NCBI GenBank assembly: GCA_963784655.1
Contig: CAWASO010000001.1
Coordinates: 1,056,013 to 1,120,012 of the forward strand
Direction of reading: 5' to 3'
From: Vulcanimicrobiota bacterium
Lineage (GTDB): Bacteria; Vulcanimicrobiota; Vulcanimicrobiia; Vulcanimicrobiales; Vulcanimicrobiaceae
Length of the DNA: 64,000 nucleotides
This document shows, piece after piece, positions 30,562 to 40,761 of the stretch (its first letter is position 1; every line of letters starts with the position of its first letter). The notes under the pieces were generated by a model. That model saw only the letters and a program-made list of their open reading frames with translations. It searched no databases and was not told where the DNA came from. Both the position numbers and the translations under genes were made by a program.

Positions 30562-30596
30562 CCTGCGCGCCGGGCGCCGCCGAGCCGCCGCGGCTG

Positions 30597-31397
30597 CTAC
30601 GCCTGGTACGCCGAGGGCTGCTCACGATGAGCGGACTCGTGCGCGGCCCGCTCGCCGCGCTCGTCGGAATCCGGTTCCCGTGCGAGGCCGTGCTTCACGA
30701 TGACGTAGCCCGGGTTTCCCGGCTTGCCGGCCGTGCCGGGGTTGCCCGCCGGGCCGTGCTGGCCGGGCGGTGAACCGGCGCCGCCGTTACCGCCGTTCCC
30801 GCCCGGGCCGGCCGCGCCGCCGTCGGCCATCGAGCGGAACACCGCGATCTTGCCGTCGTCGACGTCGGTGCCGATGCGCAGCGTGATCGTGCCGCCCGTC
30901 CCGCCGTTGGCGCCCGGGCCGCCGTCGCCGCCCGGCCCGCCGTTGCCGCCCGCGGCGTTGCTGCCCGCGCCGCCCGCCCCGCCGGTGCCGCCCGCGCCGC
31001 CCGCCCCGCCGGCGCCCCCGGCCGGGCTGAGCTGCAGGTAGCCGGTGAAGGTCGCGAGGTTCATCGTGAAGGGCGCTCCGGCCGGGCCGGGCTGGCCCGC
31101 GCCGCCGCTGCGGCCCGGCCCGCCGCTCGCGCCCGGCCGGCCCGGTGCGCCGCTGGCGCCGACCTGGCCGTTCATCCCGGGCTGGCCGCTCGCGCCCGGC
31201 GGGCCGTACACCACGGACAGCACGGCGGACGGTTTGCCGTGCTCGTCGAGCGGCGCGTCCAGCGTGCGCGCGGTCAGCGTGCCGGCGCCGACGATCATGA
31301 TCTGCCCGCCGGCCGCGATCGTGACGGTATCGTAGCTGAGGTTACCTTGTGCGCGGAACACCTCACCCGCGGCGACGACGAGGTTGTTGCTTGCCAT
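30597..31397 (-). CDS. Gly-rich collagen-like / polyglycine-II repeat protein
   Basis: G-x-x repeats (GASGQPGMNG, GGAGGAGG); GGAGGA RBS before ATG 31397. Confidence 0.7.
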   Translation of the reverse strand: MASNNLVVAAGEVFRAQGNLSYDTVTIAAGGQIMIVGAGTLTARTLDAPLDEHGKPSAVLSVVYGPPGASGQPGMNGQVGASGAPGRPGASGGPGRSGGAGQPGPAGAPFTMNLATFTGYLQLSPAGGAGGAGGAGGTGGAGGAGSNAAGGNGGPGGDGGPGANGGTGGTITLRIGTDVDDGKIAVFRSMADGGAAGPGGNGGNGGAGSPPGQHGPAGNPGTAGKPGNPGYVIVKHGLAREPDSDERGERAAHESAHREQPSAYQA

Positions 31398-31456
31398 TGC
31401 TGTCCTCCGGCGAGCGCAGTTCCGCTCCGCACCGCGGCTGCCTGCCGAACTCCGTG

Positions 31457-32068
31457 TCAGCGCTTGCCCATGACGCGCTCCACCATCCGGTACACGATCG
31501 AGAGCTGCGTGCCGCCGCGCAGGGCGTAGTTCGGGTCGTCGTAGCCCCACCAGTCCCAGCACCCTTGCGGGTTGTACGGGTTGGGGCCTTGGGCTTGCAC
31601 CGCGTACGGGTAGAGCACGACGACCCGGTTGCCGTCGGCCCAGGCGTCGATGCCGCTCTCCGTCACGAACTTCTGCCCGATCAGGGCCTGGTTCTGCAGG
31701 CAGCCGTGCAGCGCGAGCACGAGGCCGCAGCTCGCGCCGCGCGCGCACGCCGCGGGCACGAACACGTAGCCGTTCGTGTCGAGCGAGTTGGCGGCGGTCG
31801 CGCCGAACTCGGTCTGGTCGAAGCGCCGCAGCGTGCCGCGCGCCGGGCCATCGTTGCGGGGTTCGAGCCGGCCGAAGAACTGCGTCATCCAGGTCTTCAC
31901 CGAGTCGTACGGCCGCGCGCCCTTGTTGCACGCGATCATGTAGGGGCTGGCCGCGGTGCCGCACGCGACCTCGCCGTCCGGCGACTCCCAGCCGTGGTTC
32001 GCCGGGAACGCGTCGTCGAACGCGATGCGCGCGCCGTAGTGCGCGTACTCGCTGCGCAGGTCCGCCAC
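31457..32068 (-). pseudogene. C-terminal part of a PHB-depolymerase-like esterase
   Basis: GYVFVPAAC, ALHGCLQ, VVLYP, NPQGCWDWWGY; signal peptide and lipase-box region missing. Confidence 0.7.
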
Positions 32069-32091
32069 GGTTCCCTGGAGACGGCGTTCTC

Positions 32092-32127
32092 AAAACCGGC
32101 TGGCCTCAGCTCGAAAACCAGCCGAGT
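32092..32127 (-). terminator. Possible intrinsic terminator after trmL
   Basis: Minus strand CGGCTGG...CCAGCCG followed by GTTTT. Confidence 0.45.
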
Positions 32128-32610
32128 TCAGCTCAAGCCGGGGAAATCCAGCCGTTGCAGCGCCGCGTACGCCACCACGCCGACCGCGGTGGAGAGGTTG
32201 AGCGAGCGCACCGCGCCGGGGCGCATCGGGATGCGCAACGCGCGACCGGGGTGCGCGTCGAGCAGCGCTTGCGGCAAACCGGCGGTCTCCTTGCCGAACA
32301 CCAGCGCGTCACCGCGCGCGAACGGTGCTTGCGCGTACGTGCGATCCGCACGGGTCGAAAGCAGCCACAGCCGTTCCGGCGCGAACGCGCCCAAGAACGC
32401 GTCGAGCGACGGATGAATCACGACACCCAGCGCGTCCCAGTAGTCGAGCCCCGCGCGCTTGAGCTCGCGGTCGTCGATGCGGAACCCCAGCGGTTCGACC
32501 AGGTGCAGCGCGCAGCCGGTCGCCGCGCACAAGCGCGCGACGTTCCCGGCGTTCGGCGGGATCTGCGGGTTCGACGAGCACGATGTGCAGCGGTACGTCA
32601 CGCACCGCAT
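32128..32610 (-). CDS. trmL: tRNA (cytidine34-2'-O)-methyltransferase, frameshift near 32570
   Basis: LHIVLVEP/QIPPNAGNVARLCA, KRAGLDYW, FGKETAGL, RSLNLS. Confidence 0.9.
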   Translation of the reverse strand: MRCVTYRCTSCSSNPQIPPNAGNVARLCAATGCALHLVEPLGFRIDDRELKRAGLDYWDALGVVIHPSLDAFLGAFAPERLWLLSTRADRTYAQAPFARGDALVFGKETAGLPQALLDAHPGRALRIPMRPGAVRSLNLSTAVGVVAYAALQRLDFPGLS

Positions 32611-32682
32611 CCGCCGTGACGAGCCGGTCCTGCGGCTGCGCCGTCGAACCGTTCGGCGCCGAACCGTCCGGCTGCGCTTCCC

Positions 32683-33580
32683 TCAGGCGCGTACCGCCGG
32701 CTCGAGGCCGTTGGCGAGCGCGACCAGCTCGTCGCTGCGCTCGCGCGGCGCGACCAGGTACGCCACCGCGCCGTGGGCGAGGAAGACGCGCTCCAGCGCG
32801 GCCCGGTCGTAGCGCGTCACCACCGCCGCTTGGGCCGGGTCGTTGACCAGCACGTACGACGGCTCGAAGCCGCGCACGACGATCAGGTGGCCGTCGCTGT
32901 GCGCGAGCGGCGCGCCGGGCAGCTCGTCGCCCGTCCAGCTGATCGAGATCGCGACCGGCAGCCCGGCCGCGACGAAGGCCGCCACGTGGTCGAGCCCGCG
33001 CAGGTACGCGACGACGCCGCGCAGTCCGCGCGAGCCCGCGTAGGCGGCGTTGAACGCCCAGTTGCCGGTCCCGGCGTAGGCCGCGTCGAGCACGCCGCGC
33101 GCGACGGTCGCGACGTCGACCGCGACGCCGTGGTAGCGCAGCAGCATCGTCAGCGAGGTGGGCGAGCACCAGCGCGCGGGCCGACTCGGGGTGGCCGCGC
33201 ACGGTCTGCGAGAGCGGCGGCACGTCGAGCGGCGCGACTCGGCGCAGCTTGGGCATGCGCGCGCTGCGCGGCGGCGGCACCGAGACGGCCACCGCGTCGA
33301 GCGAGACGGTGCTGGTGACGCCGATCCCCGAGAACGGCACGTCGCTGCGCACGACGTCGACCGCGATGCGGGTCTTGGCATCGGCTCCGTCGAGCGAGCG
33401 GCGCTCCTTGGGCGACCAGCGCGCGTAGAGCAGCGACTCGGCGACGCTGGCATCGCTGCGGTGCACCGAGAGCGCGAGCCCGCCCGTCGGCGCGTCGCCG
33501 TTCCACGATACGAGCGCGCGCGTCGAGGGCGGCACGCGCAGCAGCTCGTGGTGGCCCGGCCGCTCGATCAGCCTCAGCAC
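32683..33580 (-). CDS. Peptidase C39-like family protein, frameshift near 33180
   Basis: WCSPTSLTM, GTGNWAFN, DGHLIVVRGF, VNDPA. Confidence 0.8.
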
Positions 33581-33614
33581 GCGCGCGGGCCCGTCGAACC
33601 GTCCGGCGGCGCGC

Positions 33615-35269
33615 CTAGATCGACCACTCGTAGCAGTTCCAGAAGCTGGAGATGTAGGTCGCGGGCTGCCAGCCCTTCATGTCCATGTTGACGGCCGAGT
33701 AGGCGTTCTGCCAGTAGAAGAAGATCGCCGGCACCTGTTCGTGGATGCGCGCTTCCTCTTGCTGGTAGAGCGCCTTGCGCTTGACGCGGTCGTAGGTCAG
33801 CAGCGCTTCGTGGCTCACCCGGGTCACCAGCGGATCGCTGAAATACATCGCGTTGGTGCCGTGCGGGGGCAGGAAGTCGCCGCTCCACAGGCCTTCGTTG
33901 TCGGGGTCGGGGCCGTTGGTCTCGATGGTGAACTCGCTGTCGTACTTGCCGGTGTAGACCGGGCCGTCGCGCGCGAACAGCAGGCTGCCCGGGTAGTTCT
34001 TGATCTCCAGCGCGACCCCGACCGCCTTGAGCTGCTGCTGCATCAGCACCTCGGCCTGGATGTTGGACTGCTTCGACGGCGTGGTGGAGACGGAGAAGCG
34101 CAGCGGCATGCCGTTCTTGGCCCGGATGCCGTCCGGCCCGGGTACCCAGCCGGCCGCGTCGAGCAGCTTCTTCGCGCCGGCGATGTCGTGCGGGTAGTTC
34201 GCGACGCTGGGCGCGGCCCACGAGGTCGGCACGATGTCGCTCACCGCGCGCTCGTTGTAGCCGTGGAAGACGGTCTGGTTCATGCCGTCCCAGTCGACCG
34301 CTTGCGCGATCGCCTGGCGCACGCGCGCGGTCCGAGAGCTGCGGCTTGCGGGTGTTCATCGCCAGCCGGCGCCAGTTCGCGCTCAGCCGCTTGGAGATCA
34401 CGATGCCGGGGATCTTCGGCAGCTCGGGGATCTGGTTCTCGCCCACGCCTTCGTAGAGATCGACCTCGTGCGTGCGCATCTCGGAGAGCAGCGTCTCGGC
34501 GTTGGGCACGAAGCGGTAGGTGAGGTGGGTCAGGCCCGGCTTGCCGCGCCAGTAGTACGGGTTGGGCACGAGCTCGAGCGCCGAGCCGTGGTTCCACTCG
34601 CTCAGCACGAACGGCCCGCTCGAGATGGGCTTGGCGTTGAACGCGGCGTGGTTGATGTCGGGCAGGTTCGCCAGCAGGTGCGCGGGGAGCGGCGGGAAGC
34701 CCGCCCCGCCGACCGCGAACGCGCCCAGCACGCCCGCGTTGACGTGCTTGAGCCGGATGCGCACGGTCTGGTTGCCGCGCACGAGCTCGCATCGAGGCGA
34801 TGTCGTCCCAGCCGACCTGCAGGCGGGTGTTGTTGCGCGGGTTCATCACCGCGTGCCAGGTGAAGATCAGGTCGCGCGCGTCGTACGGCGCGCCGTCGGA
34901 CCACTTCATGCCGGGCCGGAAGTGGAGCGTGATCGTCTTGCCGTCGCGCGCGATCCCGCCGTTCTCGGCGGTCGGCACGTCGGTCACCGCGGCGGGCACG
35001 AAGTTGCCGTCGGGATCGTAGCGGAAGACCGGCTCGAACACCGCGTAGGCGATGTCGTTGGCGGCCTGGGTGTTGGCGAACAGCGGGTTGAGGTTGTCGG
35101 GCTCGTAGGCCGAGCCGTAGCGCAGGTGGCCGGACTCGGTCCAGGCGTGGCGGGCGCCGTCCGCGGTGGCGGTCGACGTCGCTACGTCGGCTTTGGTGCA
35201 CGCGCCCAGCAGCAGCGCGGCCGCCGCGGCCAGCGCGCTCGCCGCGAAGCGCCCGGCGCGCTCACGCAT
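33615..35269 (-). CDS. Peptide ABC substrate-binding lipoprotein (family 5), two frameshifts
   Basis: LLGAC lipobox, EPDNLNPL, KWSDGAP, SGPF, NPYYW, RQAIAQAVD. Confidence 0.87.
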
Positions 35270-36323
35270 GCAGCACGGCCGTCTTGACGATGCGCGGCGC
35301 GATCGCGTCGTAGAGCGCGTGCGGGCCGTTGCGCACCACGTCGTCGGCCGGCAGGCCCGTCTCCGCGCGCGCGCGCTCGATCTCGGCCCGCGCCTCGGCG
35401 TCGCTGAGCGTGCGGGTGTTGAGCGCGATCCCGACCACCGGGGCCGGCTTGACCGTCGCGCAGAGCGCCTCGTAGGTGCGGATCAGCGCGCGGTAGCTCA
35501 GGATCGGCGTCTCGTACTCCATCGTCGCCGTGCGGGCGAGATCGTGCACGAGCAGCAGCGCGTCGGGCGCGCCGCCGTACATCAGCGCCAGCGTGACCGG
35601 ACCGTAGGCCGGGTTGGCGATTCCGCCCTGGCCTTCGAGGAACAGCAGCTCGCGGTTGCGGCGCTCGCCCTCGAGCACCAGCTCCTCGGTGGCGCCGGGC
35701 GCGAAGTCGGCGATCACGCGGTCGATCGCGGTGCCCCAGCCGGCGATCGCGATCCCGATCTGGCCGGTCGCGATGAAACCGGCGTCGACCCCGCGCTCGC
35801 GCGCGGCGCGGGTCAGCTCCAGCGCGGCGGTCATCTTGCCGACCGCGGCGTCGCTCCCGACGGTCAGCACGATCTTGGCTTTCACGCCCCAGGCCGCGCC
35901 CGAGAAGAAGGGCGGGTCGGGCGGCGTCCGGCGCAGGTCCCAGATGCGCGCGCCGTGCGCGTGCGCCAGCGCGGCGAATTCCGCGTCCTCGGCCAGCATC
36001 TGGTGCAAGCCGCTGACCAGCTCCAGCCGCGCTTCCAGCGCGGCGCGGATCTCGGCCCGGAAGCTCGCCGGCAGCTCGCCCCCGGGCGGCGAGATGCCGA
36101 CCAGCAGCGCCGTCGGCTCGTAGCGCAGCCCCTCTGCGACGGATGCGACGATCGGCGCGTCGCTGCCCAGGTGCGGCAGGATGTCGCTCACCCGGCGGCC
36201 GGCGTTGTCGGGATCGACCACCGCCACCACGCCGTCGGCCGCGTAGCGGATCACCCCGTGCGCCATCTTGCCTTCGCGCAGCGTGAACGCGTGCGGGGCG
36301 AGGATCAGGTACCGGCGCGTCAG
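35262..36323 (-). CDS. DUF1611 family P-loop protein
   Basis: LVSGLH, LTVGSDAAVGKMTA, ATGQIGI, DRVIADF, EGQG; apparent CTG start. Confidence 0.85.
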   Translation of the reverse strand: MTRRYLILAPHAFTLREGKMAHGVIRYAADGVVAVVDPDNAGRRVSDILPHLGSDAPIVASVAEGLRYEPTALLVGISPPGGELPASFRAEIRAALEARLELVSGLHQMLAEDAEFAALAHAHGARIWDLRRTPPDPPFFSGAAWGVKAKIVLTVGSDAAVGKMTAALELTRAARERGVDAGFIATGQIGIAIAGWGTAIDRVIADFAPGATEELVLEGERRNRELLFLEGQGGIANPAYGPVTLALMYGGAPDALLLVHDLARTATMEYETPILSYRALIRTYEALCATVKPAPVVGIALNTRTLSDAEARAEIERARAETGLPADDVVRNGPHALYDAIAPRIVKTAVLHA

Positions 36324-37330
36324 CGGACGATCTCCGCCGCTTCGCCGACGCCCAGCCCCGGGCCGGCGGGCAGCACGATCTTGCCGCCGTCGTAGGTGAT
36401 GCCGGTGAACGGATCGCGCGCGGTGAGGAACGGCCCGTCGAGATCGGCCCAGTCGACCAGCGGCGAGAGGTGCGCCGCGGCGGTGGTGAGGATCTGCGAC
36501 TCGACCATGCAGCCCAGCATGATCTTGAAGCCCATCGCGCGCGCGGTGTGGATCATCGCCAGCCCGGCGCGAATGCCGCCGCACTTGACCAGCTTGACGT
36601 TGATGCCGTCGACGCACCCGAGTAACCCCGGCAGGTCGCGCGCGTCCTTGGAGTCCTCGTCGACGACGATCGGGATCGGCGAGCGCTCCTTGATCCAGCG
36701 CAGCTTCTCGGGCGAACCGGCCGGGATCGGCTGCTCGCAGAACTCGATCTCGTGCTTCGCCATCTCGGTGAGGAGCTGGACGGTCTGCTCGGGCGTCCAG
36801 CCCTCGTTGGCGTCGACCCGGATCGTGCCGGTGTAGATCGCGCGAATCGCCTCGAGCGTCTCGAGCTCGGAGCCCTTGCCGAGCTTGACCTTGATGACCG
36901 GGTGCGAGCCGACCTCGCGCACCTTGGCCAGCGTCTCGTCCGGCGAGGCGATCCCGATGGTGAACGAGGTCTGCGGGGTGCGGGCCGGGTCGAGCCCGAG
37001 CAGCCGCCAGAGCGGGCGGTCGACGTCCTTGCCGATCAGGTCGTGGAGTGCGATGTCCAGCCCGCAGCGCTGCGCGGGGGTCAGCCCGTCGAGCAGCGTT
37101 TCGAGCGCGTAGGGGTCGGCGCCGAGGTCGAGCCCTTCGAGGCCGGCTTTCACGCTCTCGATCGACTCGTCGTAGCGCGGGGTGGGCGAGCTCTCGCCCA
37201 GGCCCTCCAGGCCGTTCCAGCGCAGCCGCACCACGGCGGTGCGGGCGATCGACTCCGACGAGCGGGTGATCGTGAAGGGGTGAACGAGCGGCAGGTACAG
37301 GGGTTCGACCGCTAGGCTGATCGGCGTCAC
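36320..37330 (-). CDS. L-Ala-D/L-Glu dipeptide epimerase (enolase superfamily)
   Basis: KVKLG, RVDANEGW, EQP, DED, INVKLVKCGG, GCMVES, DLDG. Confidence 0.9.
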   Translation of the reverse strand: MTPISLAVEPLYLPLVHPFTITRSSESIARTAVVRLRWNGLEGLGESSPTPRYDESIESVKAGLEGLDLGADPYALETLLDGLTPAQRCGLDIALHDLIGKDVDRPLWRLLGLDPARTPQTSFTIGIASPDETLAKVREVGSHPVIKVKLGKGSELETLEAIRAIYTGTIRVDANEGWTPEQTVQLLTEMAKHEIEFCEQPIPAGSPEKLRWIKERSPIPIVVDEDSKDARDLPGLLGCVDGINVKLVKCGGIRAGLAMIHTARAMGFKIMLGCMVESQILTTAAAHLSPLVDWADLDGPFLTARDPFTGITYDGGKIVLPAGPGLGVGEAAEIVR

Positions 37331-37383
37331 GCCGGAGGCGCTTCAAGAGGAGCGCTGCGCCGTCCCGCGTCGTCCAACTGGGG

Positions 37384-38850
37384 ATGCACCCCGTCTCGCT
37401 GGTCTGGCTGCGGCGCGATCTGCGCCTGGACGACCACACCGCCCTGTTCCGCGCCGCCGCGGCGAGCGAGCGCGTCGTGCTCGCCTTCGTGCTCGACCCG
37501 CCGCTCCTGCGCGGGCCGCGGGTCGGGCCGCCGATCGTCCAGTTCTTCTTCGACAGCCTGCGCGCGCTGCGCGAGCGGCTGCGCGCGGCCGGCTCGGACC
37601 TGGCGCTGCTCGAAGGCGACTTCGGCGCCGAGCTGACCGGCTTGGCGCGCCGCATCGGCGCGAGCGCGGTGTTCTACGACGAGGACTACGACCCGGCCGC
37701 GCGCGAGCGCGACGAGCGCGTGACGCGCCAACTGCGCGCTGCGGGGCTCGACGTGCAGGCGTTCACCGACCACGTCTACTTCGGCGCGCACGACGTGCTG
37801 CAGGACGGCGGCAAACCGTACGGCGTCTACACGCCCTATCGCAAGAAGTGGAACGCGCGCTTCGCCGCGCAGCCCAACCCGCCGCTGCGCTCCGCGAGCG
37901 CCGCGGCCAAGAAGCTGCTCGCGCGCGCGGCGATCGGCGCGACGCGCGACGTGCCGCGGCCCGAGGACTACGGCCACGCGTCCAGCGCCGCGTACCCGGC
38001 CGGCGGCAGCGCCGAAGCGGAGCGCTCGCTCGAGCGGTTTCTGGCCGGCCATGCCGCGGAATACGCCGGCGCGCGCAACGTGCCCGCGCTCGACGCGACC
38101 TCGCACCTGTCGCCGCACCTGCGCGCGGGCACGATCGGCATCCGGGCCGTCGTCCACGCCGCGGCGCGGCTGCGCGAGCGCGCCGCCAAGCACGCCGCGA
38201 GCAACGTCGAGACGTGGCTGAGCGAGCTGGTCTGGCGCGACTTCTACCAGCAGCTGCTGATCCACCACCCGCGCGTCGCGCACGAGCCGTACGTCGAGGC
38301 CGCCAAGGACATCGCGTACACCGACGAGCCGGACGCGTACCGCGCCTGGTGCGAGGGCCGCACCGGTTACCCGATCGTCGACGCCGCGATGGCGCAACTC
38401 AACGCGACGGGCTGGATGCACAACCGCCTGCGCATGATCGTCGCGTCGTTCCTGACCAAGCACCTGCTGACCGACTACCACGAGGGCGAGCGCTACTTCG
38501 AGCAGCACCTCGCCGACGCCGATCTCGGCGCGAACAACGGCGGCTGGCAGTGGTCCGCCTCGACCGGCACCGACGCCGCCCCGTACTTTCGCGTCTTCAA
38601 CCCGACGCTGCAAGGCAAGACGTTCGATCCCGACGGCGACTTCGTGCGCGCGTTCATCCCCGCGCTGGCGAAGGTCCCGGCGAAGTACGTGCACGAGCCG
38701 TGGACGATCCCGCCCCTGCTGCAAGCGGAGTACGGCTGCGCGATCGGCCGCGATTACCCGGCGCCGATCGTCGACCACGCCGCGGCGCGGCAGCGCGCGC
38801 TCGACGCCTACGGCAGCGTGCTCGCGCGCAAGCCGCTCGCGCCGCGCTAG
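37384..38850 (+). CDS. phrB: Class I DNA photolyase
   Basis: WLRRDLRLDDH, TSHLSPHL, WRDFY, GRTGYPIVDAAM, WMHNRLRM, NNGGWQW. Confidence 0.93.
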   Translation: MHPVSLVWLRRDLRLDDHTALFRAAAASERVVLAFVLDPPLLRGPRVGPPIVQFFFDSLRALRERLRAAGSDLALLEGDFGAELTGLARRIGASAVFYDEDYDPAARERDERVTRQLRAAGLDVQAFTDHVYFGAHDVLQDGGKPYGVYTPYRKKWNARFAAQPNPPLRSASAAAKKLLARAAIGATRDVPRPEDYGHASSAAYPAGGSAEAERSLERFLAGHAAEYAGARNVPALDATSHLSPHLRAGTIGIRAVVHAAARLRERAAKHAASNVETWLSELVWRDFYQQLLIHHPRVAHEPYVEAAKDIAYTDEPDAYRAWCEGRTGYPIVDAAMAQLNATGWMHNRLRMIVASFLTKHLLTDYHEGERYFEQHLADADLGANNGGWQWSASTGTDAAPYFRVFNPTLQGKTFDPDGDFVRAFIPALAKVPAKYVHEPWTIPPLLQAEYGCAIGRDYPAPIVDHAAARQRALDAYGSVLARKPLAPR

Positions 38851-38865
38851 GATTCGCGCGCGGCG

Positions 38866-39759
38866 CTACGTGCGGCGCGCGGGGCGCACGATCCAGACGA
38901 AGCCGAAGCCCACCGCGTCGGCGCGCGTGCCGAGCGTGGGCGCGAAGTTGTGCTCGTAGTCGAGATCGACCGCAAGCCGGCTGCCGAGTGCGTGCTGGAG
39001 CGCGACGAAGCCGCGGTTGCCGGCCGGCAGCGCCGGCCCCTGGCGCGACGTCACCGCATCCTGCACCAGCAGCGTCGTCGCCGCGTCGAGCGCGTAGCCG
39101 AGCGTGAACGACGGCGCGTAGACGAAGAAGCTGCGGTTCGCGCCGCTCGCGTCCGAACCGATCGCGGTGCCGAACACCTGGCTCGTCGCGAGCGAGAGCT
39201 TGGGGCTCAGCGCGAGGCCGAGGTTCGCGCCCAGCGAGTACGTCGGCGCGCCCGCGGTGAACGCGCCGCTGCCCGTCGGCGGGCTGTACGCCGCGCCGAG
39301 CGAAGCCTGCGCGGCCCCCGTGTCGAGCACGAGATACTTCGCCGCGAGCACGATGTCGGTCGTTCCGCGCGCCGCGCCGACCGCGGCCGCGCCGCTGACG
39401 GCGCGCGACTGCGGCGCGGGCGGCGCGACCGCGAGCTCCAGCCGGCGCGCGACGCCGAACCGCACCAGGCCCAGCGGCCCGCTCGCCAGCGTGCTGCTGC
39501 CGCCGGCGGCGCTGGTGATCTGCCGCCGCACGCCGCTCTCGAGGATCACCTCTCCGGGCAGCGCGACGCACGGCGCGCCGCCGCTCGAGGTGGTGCGGCC
39601 GGTGCCCGGCCGGTCGGCGAGCGAGGCCGCGATCGCCGTCGCGCAGGGCGGCGGTGTCGGATCGTCCGCGAGCGCCGCGGCGGGCACGCTTGCGAGCACC
39701 GCCAGCGGTCCCGCCGCCGCGCTCAGAAGCCGGAAAAGTCGCGTTCGCGAAACGGCCAT
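38866..39759 (-). CDS. Secreted / outer-membrane beta-barrel-like protein (Phenol_MetA_deg-like)
   Basis: Signal peptide, ADRPG motif, VRFGVARRLEL, amphipathic strands ending VGFGFVW. Confidence 0.6.
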   Translation of the reverse strand: MAVSRTRLFRLLSAAAGPLAVLASVPAAALADDPTPPPCATAIAASLADRPGTGRTTSSGGAPCVALPGEVILESGVRRQITSAAGGSSTLASGPLGLVRFGVARRLELAVAPPAPQSRAVSGAAAVGAARGTTDIVLAAKYLVLDTGAAQASLGAAYSPPTGSGAFTAGAPTYSLGANLGLALSPKLSLATSQVFGTAIGSDASGANRSFFVYAPSFTLGYALDAATTLLVQDAVTSRQGPALPAGNRGFVALQHALGSRLAVDLDYEHNFAPTLGTRADAVGFGFVWIVRPARRT

Positions 39760-39798
39760 TCTGTCAAGTCCTTGACGGCGGGTATACGATACCGGAGC

Positions 39799-39985
39799 GA
39801 CAACAACTGCGGCGGTTCGCGTAGGTTCCTTAGTGGTAGACCAACGTAGAAACCCCGGGAGCACAAGCTCCGGATACGACCGGTTGCCCGGCCCTCACCG
39901 GCTGGACACTGGGCGCCCGGGCCGCACCCACCTGCGAGAACCGCAGGTCTTCAACTGGGCTCCAAACGGCCGCTGCGGTTGTGTC
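39799..39985 (+). ncRNA. ssrS: 6S RNA
   Basis: ~190 nt; 5' GACAACAACTGCGGCGGTT pairs with 3' GGCCGCTGCGGTTGTGTC; CCCGGGAGC and ACCCACCTG elements; TACGAT -10 just upstream. Confidence 0.8.
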
Positions 39986-40020
39986 TCGTTTCTCTAGCCG
40001 GCGTGAGCCGGCGCTCGGCC

Positions 40021-40737
40021 CTAGCCCGCGATGAGCCGGTGCTCGGCCGCCGCGGCGCGCAGCGCGGCCAGCGCGTCGCCGAGCAAGTCCCAGGGCCGCT
40101 CCGCGGCGGGCGCGTCCAGGATCACCCAGGCCCGCTCGGCCGCCGCGGCCACCGCGCGGGGATCGTCGGCCGCCGTCGCCTCGAAGGCCGGGAAGCGCTC
40201 CTTGGGCCCCCAGCCCGCGCGCCCGCCGGCCGCCCGCGGGCACGCCCGCAGCCAGGCGCTGTCGACGTCCTTGATGAGGTGGTGCAGGCCGGCGGTATCC
40301 TCGGCCAGCGTCCCCGGCCGGGCGGCCAGCAGCAGCGTCACGTTGACTCCCTTGGCCGCCTTGGCGGCCGTCTTCGCGACCCCCGCCGCCTCGACGAACG
40401 CCGCCGGCGGCACGTCGCCCGGGGCGGGGAGCTGGGTGCGCAGCACGAGCGCGCCCAAGCCGCTCGCCAGCGCGAGCGTCGCCTCGCGCGCGCTCGGCTC
40501 GGCGGCCGGGTCCAAGAAGGCGGGCGCGTCCAGGCCGAACGGGACGATCCCCAAGTCGACCGCAACCTTGCGCAGCTGCGCGACGTACTCGGCATCGGTG
40601 CGCGGAAAATCGGCCAGGTCGCAGACGATCCCGTCCGCGCCCAGCCCGGCGGCGCAGCGCTCGACCCACTCCAGCTGGGTCAGCTCGCCCGCGGCGAACG
40701 GGCGCCGAAAGGCCGAACTCGAAAGAGCGATCCGCAT
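40021..40737 (-). CDS. Xylose-isomerase-like TIM barrel protein
   Basis: MRIALSSSAFRR...LEWVERCA..LGADG. Confidence 0.65.
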   Translation of the reverse strand: MRIALSSSAFRRPFAAGELTQLEWVERCAAGLGADGIVCDLADFPRTDAEYVAQLRKVAVDLGIVPFGLDAPAFLDPAAEPSAREATLALASGLGALVLRTQLPAPGDVPPAAFVEAAGVAKTAAKAAKGVNVTLLLAARPGTLAEDTAGLHHLIKDVDSAWLRACPRAAGGRAGWGPKERFPAFEATAADDPRAVAAAAERAWVILDAPAAERPWDLLGDALAALRAAAAEHRLIAG

Positions 40738-40761
40738 CGCCGCACGCTTCACCGGGAGTCC

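Noticed and set aside
30597-31397. PE_PGRS protein
   Set aside because: No PE domain; only the Gly-rich repeats are similar.
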